From Sedimentisphaerales bacterium (GTDB taxonomy: Bacteria > Planctomycetota > Phycisphaerae > Sedimentisphaerales > Anaerobacaceae): DNA of 64,000 bases. The notes below the pieces were generated by a model that was given only the letters and a program-made list of their open reading frames with translations, did no database searches and had not been told where the DNA came from. The first letter of the stretch is position 1. Each line of letters opens with the position of its first letter. Made by a program: the position numbers and the translations under genes. Shown piece by piece: positions 19,215 through 28,069 of this stretch. Location: positions 32,338 to 96,337 of the forward strand of contig CAWFCJ010000043.1 of NCBI GenBank assembly GCA_963814265.1. The letters are read 5' to 3'.

Positions 19215-19256
19215 CTTGGCAGAAAAAGCCCGGAGAGAAGTTATTTTGGTATTGCT

Positions 19257-19544
19257 ATGGACTCATACGTTAAGCATATAAGGCAGTGCATAGTTCCGAT
19301 TCTAAAGCGCTACGGCGTGAGCAAAGCTGCTCTATTTGGCTCGACCGTTAGGACCCAGAGGCGGCCAGACAGCGATATCGATATACTTGTCCAGATAGAC
19401 ACAGACATCAGCCTGCTTGAATTTGTGGGCCTGAAACTTGAACTGGAAGAAGCACTGAATACGAGCGTCGATCTGGTGGAATATGACACCATCAAACCCC
19501 TTATCAGAGATAGGATTCTCAAAGAACAGCAGGTGATTCTATGA
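19257..19544 (+). CDS. mntA: MntA-type nucleotidyltransferase antitoxin (MNT domain)
   Basis: LFGSTVRTQRRPDSDIDILV matches the GS-X10-DxD minimal nucleotidyltransferase motif. 95 aa. Overlaps the next gene by ATGA. Confidence 0.85.
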   Translation: MDSYVKHIRQCIVPILKRYGVSKAALFGSTVRTQRRPDSDIDILVQIDTDISLLEFVGLKLELEEALNTSVDLVEYDTIKPLIRDRILKEQQVIL

Positions 19545-19888
19545 CCAGAGATGTGCGACTGTACATCGAGGATGTTCTCGACAGCATTGCAAAGATTGAG
19601 CGGTATACGAAGGATATTAACGAGAACGATTTTTTAGCTGATACCCAGGCTCAGGACTCAGTCCTTCGCCGACTCGAAATAATAGGCGAGGCAGTGAAGA
19701 ACATACCCGATGACTTCAGGAACAAGTATCCCCAGATTCCGTGGAAAAGAATTGCCGGCCTGAGAGATATACTAATCCACGAGTATTTCGGGGTGAATCT
19801 CCGCCGGGCATGGAAGGTGGCTAAAGAGGATATCCTTAGTCTCAAACAAGAAATTTTGAAAGTCGCAAAGGACCTAAGCTCATTATGA
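19541..19888 (+). CDS. hepT: HepT-type HEPN (DUF86) toxin
   Basis: RLEIIGEAVKNIP and the R-x4-H motif in GLRDILIHEY. 115 aa. The stop TGA (19886-19888) overlaps the ATG of aroB' (19885). Confidence 0.85.
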   Translation: MTRDVRLYIEDVLDSIAKIERYTKDINENDFLADTQAQDSVLRRLEIIGEAVKNIPDDFRNKYPQIPWKRIAGLRDILIHEYFGVNLRRAWKVAKEDILSLKQEILKVAKDLSSL

Positions 19889-20880
19889 AAAAACTGTGGG
19901 TAAACGTTGTTCCGTATAAAAAGGAAGTTGCCATAGCTGCGCTGGAAAGCGGTGCTGAGGCAGTGGTGCTGCCGGACGGTAAAAGCGAAACTGTTCGCCA
20001 GTTCGGCAAAATAAAAACCGTCGAAAAAAATGGCGACATTAAGCCGGGCATGGATGTCGAGTTCATAGATATAGCCGGCAAAGCCGACGAAGATAAGGCT
20101 GCGGCGGTACCGGCCAAAAAAATCGTAGTTCTGCGAATGCTGGACTGGACAATTATCCCAATTGAAAACTTGCTCGCCCGGCGAGGCAAAAATATCATGG
20201 TGCAGGTTGAAAACAACAAACAGGCCAAACTTATGACCGAGATTCTCGAAAAAGGAGTTGATGGCGTCCTGCTAAATACTACCGATGTGAACGAAATCAA
20301 AAAGACTGCGGAAATTATTCACGGCATAAGTGAAAAAATTCCCTTGTGACAGCTACAATTACAGCCACCAAACAGCTCGGAATGGGCGACCGGTCGTGCC
20401 TCGATACCTGCACACAGATGACGCTCGGCGAAGGGATGCTCATCGGCAATACCGCTTCGGGCTTTTTTTTAGTGCATTCCGAATCCATCGACAATCCTTA
20501 TGTTGCATCTCGGCCTTTCCGCGTCAACGCCGGTGCCGTGCACGCATATACCTTGACGCCGGGCGGGAAAACCAAATACCTGGCGGACCTGAAAGCCGGC
20601 GACGAAGTCATGCTGGTAAATTGTCAAGGCAAAAGTCAAACCGCCTATTTAGGCAGAAACAAGATCGAAAAACGCCCAATGATGCTCATCGAGGCAGAGG
20701 GTGAAGGCCAGCCGATAAGCTTGGTCATGCAAAACGCTGAGACAATTCGGCTGGTTTCAGCCCGATGGCAAGCCGGTTTCGGTTACCACTCTAAAGCCGG
20801 GCGACAAAGTGCTCGCCCACATCGAGAAGGCCGGCAGACATTTCGGCATGCAGGTCGATGAAACACTGATAGAAAGATAG
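19885..20880 (+). CDS. aroB': 3-dehydroquinate synthase II (archaeal type, DHQ pathway step 2); two frameshifts as sequenced
   Basis: [28 protein letters not shown].. and ..[32 protein letters not shown] are typical of the MJ1249 family. The frame changes at the A6 run (20333-20338) and returns to the original frame near 20758-20763, ending ..[17 protein letters not shown] with TAG at 20878-20880. Confidence 0.8.
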
Positions 20881-20927
20881 TGCAGTAAACATAAGTTAAA
20901 ACAAGCCAGCAGTTACGGAGGTAAAAA

Positions 20928-22546
20928 ATGAAGCCGCCAGAAACTGACAAGTCACACGCAACTCATTCTAAGATAGTTGGCTGTCACGCCCATAAAAAGG
21001 AACATCACTGGCTAAAATACATGTTTCCCATAGCCGGGCTGATGTCACTAATATGGTTTTTAATCCGAGTGATACCGAAGCCTTCGCGGGCAACGTATCC
21101 GTGCCAGCGAGTAGCGTTTCCGCTGGCGTCAGGATTCATAGCCTGGCTGCTGGGCTTAGGCGCTGCCAGCGTAGTATTCAGAAAGGCCAGGCTAAATCTT
21201 GCCCGTAGACGGTATCTGGTTGGCTTAGTGTGCATCGCTGTGGGCGTCGCTGCGATATGGTTCGCCCTCTGGCACCGCCGGCGAAAAGCTGGCGCATGGC
21301 TGAGCCGCAGCCGGCAAATCAGCCGATGGGAACCGCCAAAGGCATCTATCCAGGACGGGTCGTCTGGGTGCACGACCCTGATGCGACCGACTGGAAAGGC
21401 CCGGGCGATGGGCATCCGTGGCAGAGCAGCCATACTGATCAAGCCGCAGTGTGCCAGATGATGTCACGGGCGATCTGTGAGCTGACTGGCGAAGCCAGTG
21501 ACGCAGCGGCGTGGGACAGGCTTGTTCCGATACCACAACAAAGCCCGCGGCAAAGGCGACATCGGCTACAAGCCGGGCGAGAAAATCGCTATCAAGGTGA
21601 ACTTTGTCGGCTTCATCTGGACCCACGGCAGGCGTCAACACAAGACACTTACAATCTGGAAAGCACTGGCAGGACTACATGAACACCTCGCCGCAAATGA
21701 TTGTCGCCCTGCTCGAGCAGCTTGAACACCGTCGGCGTCAAGCAAGCGGACATCGCCATCTGCGACAGTCTGGCGTATTTTGCCAACGAGTACTATGACA
21801 TTCTCCACAAAGAGTTTCCGGACGTAGTATGTATGGACTGCGGGCAAATTCGGCCGAATCAAGATGAAGCATCTGCCGTTCCGCTCTACTGGAGCTGCCG
21901 GCCCAAGGATGTCCAGCAGGACTACGTGCCCAAGGCTTACGCCGAGGCCGAGTACCTGATCAACTTCGCCAATCTCAAGGCCCACACCGGCGCGGGCGTG
22001 ACGCTCTGCGCGAAGAACCACTATGGCTCGTTGTTCCGCTGGCCGGCCGAGAAAGGCTATCACGACATGCACAAGCGGCTTCTCCAAGGCAGACCAGGCA
22101 TATACCGCGACTCTGGTGGACCTGATGGGCCACGCCCACATCGGCGGCAAGACCGTGCTCTACTTGCTCGATGGGCTCTACTGCGGCATGCACCCCATCG
22201 ATCTGAGACGCCCCAGGAAGATGGACTTCGCCCCCTTCAATGGCGACTGGACTTCGAGCCTGTTGGCTTCGCAGGACCCGGTGGCGATCGACTCGGTCGG
22301 CTTCGACTTCCTGCTAGGCCGATACGACCGGATGCCCGCGCAGCAGCGGGGTCGGACGACTACCTGCACGAGGCGGCCCTGGCGGACAATCCGCCTTCGG
22401 GGACATTCTACGATCCGGACCACGCCGACAACGTCAAGCGACTGGCCAGTCTCGGCGTCCACGAGCACTGGAACAACCCGAACGAGAAGAAATACTCCCG
22501 CAATCTGGGGACGGGCAATGGCATCGAACTGGAATTTAGAAAGTAG
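20928..22546 (+). CDS. Membrane-anchored DUF362 domain protein; frame broken many times as sequenced
   Basis: The N-terminal TM segments sit in ORF 20928-. The protein then continues through ORFs 21230-, 21498-, 21604-, 21701- and 22023-. Recognisable pieces are GIYPGRVVWVHDP, KPGEKIAIKVNF, YLINFANLKAHTGAGVTLCAKNHYGS, GKTVLYLLDGLY, QDPVAIDSVGFDFL and the end ..NGIELEFRK. Confidence 0.65.
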
Positions 22547-22599
22547 AATACAGAATACAGAATTCAGAATTCAGAACTCAGAACTCAAACCTCAAAACA
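22544..22599. repeat. Eight tandem 7-bp units, (T/C)AGAAYW degenerating to CAAAMYW
   Basis: tagaata cagaata cagaatt cagaatt cagaact cagaact caaacct caaaaca. The array starts on the stop codon of the DUF362 gene. Confidence 0.9.
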
Positions 22600-22608
22600 A
22601 CGCCTCTT

Positions 22609-24254
22609 GTGTTGTCTGCCTTCTGCTGTGCCTGGCAGAGTTGGCGTCTGCCGGCGTTACGATTAAACCTGGCCCTTTCAACGATTCCATGCTTCGATGT
22701 CTACGAAATCGCTCTGGAATTCGACTCGCCGCCAGAAGCGAATCCATTTACCGGGATCGAAGTCAGAGCAATGTTTACGCCTGAAGGTGGGACGCCGGTT
22801 CTGGTGGAGGGTTTTTGCGACGACCAAGCCGGGCGTATTTTCCGTGTACGATTTTGTCCCTCTCTGGCGGCTACTGTGTATAGATTCTCGCTTACAACCA
22901 GCGCAACTCCTGGCGAGGAACACACAGGTTCTTTTCGAACTACCGAACCGCAGGCAATGGAACCTGTACTTGTGAATGCGGAGCACCCGAAGCACTTCCA
23001 ATTTTCCGGCTCCGGCAGGCCCTTCTATCATCTTGGGTTCACCGCCTATCACCTATTAGACCCGTCAAATACGGATGGGCAAATCCGGGAACTGCTGGAC
23101 TACTGTGTTCAAAACGGTTTCAACAAAGTGCGATTCCTTCTGACTGGCTATCCAAGAGATACCGATACGCGGAGCAAGGAGCAATATACATTTGCGGGCG
23201 ACGCGTGGAAGCTGCCAAACTATGCGCTCCGCCGGGCCAAGTCAATCCGCTGCCGGCCTGGCTCGGCAATCCGCACGGATACAACTTCACACGCTTCAAC
23301 GTAGCCTACTGGCAAAAAGTGGACCGGGCGGTGCAGGCAATGAGGCAGCGTGGAATCATCGCTACGTGCATCGTTACAATTGAAAAACAGAATCTGCCGC
23401 AGGAATATGGGGCACTCACCGAACACGAGCAGCAGCTCTACCGGTACGCAGTCGCCCGGCTGGCAGCATTTTCAAACGTCTGGTGGGACCTCGGAAATGA
23501 GCATAATGAGTATCGTAAGCAAGACTGGGCGCCGCAGATAGGCCGCTTGGTCAAGCAGTGGGACCCATACGATAGATTGTGCTCCGCTCACGGATATGCC
23601 GATTGGCTGTACGATAATCAGCCCTGGGCGGATTTTATCATCACGCAGCAGTACGGAACATGCGTGGAGGTCAACCGCTGGGCTCTGAAATACCGAGACA
23701 TTCCTAAGCCCTATGTGAACGAGGAGTATGGTTACGAAGGAAGCCTCGATAAGCCAGGACACGGCATGAACCCCGACTGGGTCAGAAAATGCCACTGGTC
23801 AATCGCTATGGCTGGTGGATATGGTAGCTACGGTGACTGGACGCCGGGTTCAGCCTTTTACACCGGCCATATAGGAAGTGGGAAAGCCCCCGCCCAATTG
23901 CGTCATCTACGCGAGCTATTCGAGTCCCTCCCCTTTCCGTCAATGCGCCCGCAGAATGACCTGGTCGCAGGTGACGCATTCTGTTTAGCCAAACCTACGG
24001 AAGTGTACCTTGTGTACTTGCCCAACGGCGGCGAAACGCTGCTGCATACCGAGCCTGCCGAAAAAGGCTACACGATTACGTGGCTCGACCCCAGAACCGG
24101 AGAAAAAACAAATTCGTCAACGGTGTCGCAAGGAGAAATAGCACTGCGTGCGCCTCCCGCCCGTGCAGGGGCAAGCTTGCCCCTGCGAGAGCAGGGGTCG
24201 AATGATTGGGCCGCGATAATCAAAGTAAATCCCACATACGGACGGCGGATTTAG
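22609..24254 (+). CDS. DUF5060 + clan GH-A-like (DUF4038/GH5-like) glycoside hydrolase; at least two frameshifts, 5' end unresolved
   Basis: FDVYEIALEF..PFTGIEVRAMFT is DUF5060-like. The TIM-barrel part has WWDLGNEHNE and VNEEYGYE, candidate acid/base and nucleophile Glu residues. A signal-like CVVCLLLCLAELASAGV lies in another frame at about 22600-22660. The second junction is near 23215-23235, between ORFs 22609- and 23205-. Confidence 0.6.
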
Positions 24255-24288
24255 GCCAGAGAAACTACTTTCAGGGGTGATTTTGCTA

Positions 24289-24316
24289 TTGACACTTGGC
24301 AGATTCACAGTAGATT
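24289..24316 (+). promoter_or_regulatory. Possible sigma70-like promoter
   Basis: TTGACA (24289-24294), 16 nt, TAGATT (24311-24316). AGGAGG at 24331-24336 lies 8 nt before the GTG at 24345. Confidence 0.4.
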
Positions 24317-24344
24317 CTATGTCAAGCTGAAGGAGGTAGGGTCC

Positions 24345-24578
24345 GTGAGGAGGATCGTCGAACTCGGCTTTTTGAGCGACAGAGATTTGTCGATTTTTGT
24401 TCGGCTAATCGGCAGTAGACGTTGTCTGCCTATTTATCGCGGCGGCTTTTGGGCTTGCTACGAGTGTCCATTTCAGTCTGATGACCTGCAAATCATGGCG
24501 GCGCATATTATGCGCATCCACGAACCTGCCCCGTTGAGCAGCGAAGAGGAACTGTGCGAAGAGTACCATAGGGTCTGA
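24345..24578 (+). CDS. Small hypothetical protein with a canonical C2H2 zinc-finger spacing
   Basis: 77 aa with a GTG start behind a strong RBS. CYEC-PFQSDDLQIMAA-H-IMRI-H gives C-x2-C-x12-H-x4-H. Confidence 0.45.
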   Translation: MRRIVELGFLSDRDLSIFVRLIGSRRCLPIYRGGFWACYECPFQSDDLQIMAAHIMRIHEPAPLSSEEELCEEYHRV

Positions 24579-24619
24579 TACGGCAGCCAGCGTTTCAAAA
24601 CAGTAGTTCAAAAAACCTG

Positions 24620-24772
24620 CCACAGAGGACACAGAGTTCACAGAGAAATAGAAAAACAACCACAGATTTCACAGACCTGAGGTTTTTTTACCGCTGAGAG
24701 CGCGGAGACCGCAGAGAAAACGCCCTTTATATTCTTCGTCTCGGCGCTCTCGGCGTGCTCTGCGGTTAATCC
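24620..24772. repeat. Cluster of 'CTCTGYGG / CCRCAGAG' short dispersed repeats (3-4 units, both orientations)
   Basis: ccacagaggacacagagttcacagagaaa (24620-24648); ccgctgagagcgcggagaccgcagagaaaa (24691-24720); tctcggcgctctcggcgtgctctgcggttaatcc (24739-24772). Confidence 0.7.
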
Positions 24773-25258
24773 AAGTAAATCCGCGTCTAAAAAAAGGTGA
24801 TCGAAAAGCATTCCGCGTTGCCGTAAAGATAGCGACCCAGATTAACACGACTCAGAATTTGAATTATCCGGAATTTAGTAAAATTGGCATTTTTCGGCTA
24901 TTTTTCAGAGACCATAGCCAATATCCGTTCAAGAACGCGGTTTAGGAGTCATACTGTGGGGAATAGGTAAAATGGGCAAGAAAAAACAGGGTAAAAAAGC
25001 ACGAAAAATGAGCAGAAACGCACAGAAATTAGTCGAAATTTGCAAAAACCGCGCGTTTTGAGCAGAAATTGACAGAAATTTACCACTTTTTACAAATTAA
25101 CATTTTGTCAAAGTGGGGCAAATAGGTAAGGCTATAGGCGGTGGATGGTGACTGGTGACTCGTCATTCGTAACCCGTTACTCATTCTGTGCTGGGCATTT
25201 CAGGATTTCAGTTTCTCACACGTTTTTCCACCCCCCTGCTCAAATCGCAGAGAATTCA

Positions 25259-25298
25259 AGAGAACGCAGCCACAGAGGACACAGAGGCCACAGAGATA
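25259..25298. repeat. Unit of the same 'CCACAGAG' repeat family
   Basis: gagaacgcagccacagaggacacagaggccacagagataa, near-identical to 24620-24648. Confidence 0.7.
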
Positions 25299-25318
25299 AT
25301 AAATACATAGAAACAGAA

Positions 25319-25342
25319 CCTGTCCCGAGCGCAGTCGAGGGA
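25319..25342. repeat. Copy of the 'PVLSxVEG' unit arm
   Basis: CCTGTCCCGAGCGCAGTCGAGGGA, followed by a partial duplication (gcaatcgaggga). Confidence 0.5.
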
Positions 25343-25543
25343 GCAATCGAGGGAACTAATTAACGCGGCAAGAAAACCTGTCTGCCGACAGGCAAGATTA
25401 GCACTTACAAAACAGTGGAAATCCGTGTAAATCCGTGTCCAGGATCAACAAAAAATGGCGGGATTCGTCGAAATATCCTTGCAAAATCAGGCGCCCTTGA
25501 ATTAGAATTAGCAAAGCTCAAAGGCTTAAAGGAGGAAATTCAA

Positions 25544-28018
25544 ATGACTAACTCAATTCTGACGAGGTTTGTTGCCCTGTCTGCACTGCTTGTTTTATGC
25601 CCTGCCAAAAGCCCGGCTAAAGAGTACGTTCTGAGGTTAGCCCCTGCGGAAGCAGGGGTCGAACTTCGATTCGTGCCGCAAGGCGAAAAGGGTTATGTAG
25701 TTAAACAGCCTAAGCGAACAGCAGGAATCAGCGCTTTAGCCGGGACGCTGTTTCTGGAAGAAGGCCAAGTCCAGCCAATTGGCGGCCTGGACCGCCACGG
25801 TATCTGGATAGTGGAGAATGACGGCCCTGCATCCAGGAACGATGCGGTCATGGCCGAACTGATCCACAACGGAGCAGCCGAATATGTCGCACCGCTATTT
25901 TCATCAAACGGCGAGACCGTGGCTATCATTCCAGAGATTGTTGTCCGTGTAAAGCCCGGCAGAGCGATTGAGCAAGTTCAGGAGCTATGCAAGACCGCCG
26001 GCTGCGCTATCAAAAAGCCTATGGAGTTCACCGAACAGGAGTATCTGCTGCAGGTCCTCGGGCCGGATGCTGAGGCTGTATTCGCTGCCGTAGAACGACT
26101 CAGTCAAGCTCCAGAAGTAGAATGGGCTTGCCCGAACACCGCATCTCGGCTGCGCCTGGCTGGACAGGCTGTCTCCGCTGGCGACCGTTTTTGTGGGCCG
26201 GATGGACAGGGTGCTGCTGGCGGTTCTGCCTCGTCAGGCGTGATCCCCAACGATGAGTATTTCCCCATGCAGTGGCACCTGCACAACACAGGCCAGTCCG
26301 GCGGCACGCCAGGTGCCGATATCCGTGCCCCAGAAGCCTGGCAGATCACTACTGGAGACCCGAACATCGTGGTCGCCGTGATCGACTGTGGTGTGGATAC
26401 GCACCACCCCGACTTAGTCAACAACCTTGTACCTGGGTACGACTTCTGGGAGGATGACAATGTGCCGGACCCGGTCGCGACCTCGTGGGCGGATGCCCAT
26501 GGAACGGCATGTGCCGGGCTCGTCGCTGCTCAGGGTAACAATGGTATCGGGGTTACAGGAGTTACATGGAACTGCAAGATAATGCCAATCCGCATATCGA
26601 GCGCGACAGGCTGGACGGGCGGCGATACGATAGCCACTGCAATCCGGTGGGCCGCCAATCACGGTGCTGATATCCTCAGTAACAGTTGGATGGAGGGCAA
26701 GAGCCCCGCACCCATCCTTCACTCCGCGATCGTGGACATAACCAAAGTGGGTGGTATGGGTCGCGGCGGAAAGGGATGTCTTGTTCTCTTCGCTGCGGGC
26801 AACGATTCCGGTCCTATCCAGTGGTATCCCCAGAAATATCCCGAAGTCATTACCGTTGGTGCGACAGATCCTTCCGACGTTCGTTGGCACTACAGTAACT
26901 ATGGGCCGGAACTGGACATGGTTGCCCCCAGCGGATGCTGGATCAACCGTTGTGCCGTGCCCACGCCAATGTGGACGACCGACATAGTCGGACGAGGCGG
27001 ATGGGATCAGGACAACATATTGGATGTGAACATACTGGACTACACTGATGCAATGGAAGGCACTTCGGGTGCCTGTCCAGTTGCCGCCGGTGTGGCAGCA
27101 CTGATTCTCTCCATCGAGCCCAATCTGACCAACGACGAGGTTCGGCACTTCCTTGAGCGGTCTGCGAAGGACTTAGGTGATCCCGGTCAGGACGACTACT
27201 ACGGCTGGGGCCGGGTCGATGCGCGGGCGGCACTGGATATGGTCTTAGCTAAGCGAGCGGACTTGAACGATGACTGGAAAGTAGACTTCAGGGATTTCGC
27301 AGTGTTTGCTCAGTGTTGGAAGACAGATGATTTGCGGGGTGATATAGGCCCTATCCCACGACCTGAGGGCGTTCTGGATGTCCAGGACCTTGCCCTTTTG
27401 GGTGAGTATTGGCTGAAAGAGATTCCGGAATTGCGTTTGATCGCACACTGGAAACTCGATGAGGCGGAGGGCTTCGCCGCCCATGACAGCGCTGCCGTCC
27501 ATCATGGCTTCGTCATGAGCACAAATCCTCTCTGGCGGCCCACCGGTGGCAAGATAGCCGGTGCGATGGAGCTTGACGGCATAGATGATTATGTTAGCAC
27601 GCCCTTTGTCTTGGACCCTGCAGCCGGGGCGTTCACCGTCTTTGCGTGGGTCAAAGGAGGCGCCGCAGGCCAGGCGATTATATCTCAGACAGGGGGGCGG
27701 GCTGGCGGCAGCACCTGGCTTGGAATAGACCCATCGGCGGGAATACTGATGACCGGTTTAATGTCTCCCCAGCCCCCATTACAGTCCCAATCCATTATCA
27801 CTGACGGGAAATGGCACGAAATTGGCCTGGTTTGGGATGGTTCGCGTCGGCATTTGTGCATCGATGGAGCAGAGGTTGCAGAGGATAGTCAGAACTTAAT
27901 CAGGGTATCTTCGGATGGCGGCTTGTACATTGGTGCCGGCAAGAATCTGGAGGCAGGCAGCTTCTGGTCCGGCCTGATCGATGATGTCCGCATCTACGAC
28001 CGGGCGATTACGCCGTGA
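25544..28018 (+). CDS. Secreted S8 (subtilisin-family) serine peptidase with a dockerin-like segment and a C-terminal LamG domain
   Basis: AAGGAGG RBS before the ATG at 25544 and the signal peptide MTNSILTRFVALSALLVLCPA. Catalytic triad contexts are VAVIDCGVD (Asp), HGTACAGLVAA (His) and GTSGACPVAAGVAALI (Ser). Also DLNDDWKVDFRDFAVFAQCW and LIAHWKLDEAEG..LIDDVRIYDRAITP. Confidence 0.9.
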   Translation: MTNSILTRFVALSALLVLCPAKSPAKEYVLRLAPAEAGVELRFVPQGEKGYVVKQPKRTAGISALAGTLFLEEGQVQPIGGLDRHGIWIVENDGPASRNDAVMAELIHNGAAEYVAPLFSSNGETVAIIPEIVVRVKPGRAIEQVQELCKTAGCAIKKPMEFTEQEYLLQVLGPDAEAVFAAVERLSQAPEVEWACPNTASRLRLAGQAVSAGDRFCGPDGQGAAGGSASSGVIPNDEYFPMQWHLHNTGQSGGTPGADIRAPEAWQITTGDPNIVVAVIDCGVDTHHPDLVNNLVPGYDFWEDDNVPDPVATSWADAHGTACAGLVAAQGNNGIGVTGVTWNCKIMPIRISSATGWTGGDTIATAIRWAANHGADILSNSWMEGKSPAPILHSAIVDITKVGGMGRGGKGCLVLFAAGNDSGPIQWYPQKYPEVITVGATDPSDVRWHYSNYGPELDMVAPSGCWINRCAVPTPMWTTDIVGRGGWDQDNILDVNILDYTDAMEGTSGACPVAAGVAALILSIEPNLTNDEVRHFLERSAKDLGDPGQDDYYGWGRVDARAALDMVLAKRADLNDDWKVDFRDFAVFAQCWKTDDLRGDIGPIPRPEGVLDVQDLALLGEYWLKEIPELRLIAHWKLDEAEGFAAHDSAAVHHGFVMSTNPLWRPTGGKIAGAMELDGIDDYVSTPFVLDPAAGAFTVFAWVKGGAAGQAIISQTGGRAGGSTWLGIDPSAGILMTGLMSPQPPLQSQSIITDGKWHEIGLVWDGSRRHLCIDGAEVAEDSQNLIRVSSDGGLYIGAGKNLEAGSFWSGLIDDVRIYDRAITP

Positions 28019-28027
28019 GGACAATGA

Positions 28028-28059
28028 TTAACCGCAGAGAGCGCAAAGGCCGCTGAGAA
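28028..28059. repeat. Unit of the 'CTCTGCGG' repeat family (reverse orientation)
   Basis: ttaaccgcagagagcgcaaaggccgctgagaa. The reverse complement matches the units at 29151 and 29328. Confidence 0.7.
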
Positions 28060-28069
28060 TAAAGACCAA

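Noticed and set aside
24971-25061. A 30-codon Lys-rich mini-ORF (MGKKKQGKKARKMSRNAQKLVEICKNRAF), bracketed by the direct repeat GTGGGG(A/C)AATAGGTAA at about 24955 and about 25122.
   Set aside because: It has no convincing RBS, sits in an AT-rich low-complexity context (CAGAAAT motifs), and is too short to evaluate. It is recorded only as a curiosity.
25145-25363. Track ORFs 25145-25363, 29102-29380, 29137-29388 and 29493-29831 as small proteins.
   Set aside because: Their sequences (..HRGHRGHRDNK.., ..SAFSAGSAVEK.., ..ISAISAAKA.., ..ISADSAVKK..) are direct translations of the dispersed repeat units and lack RBS or start context.
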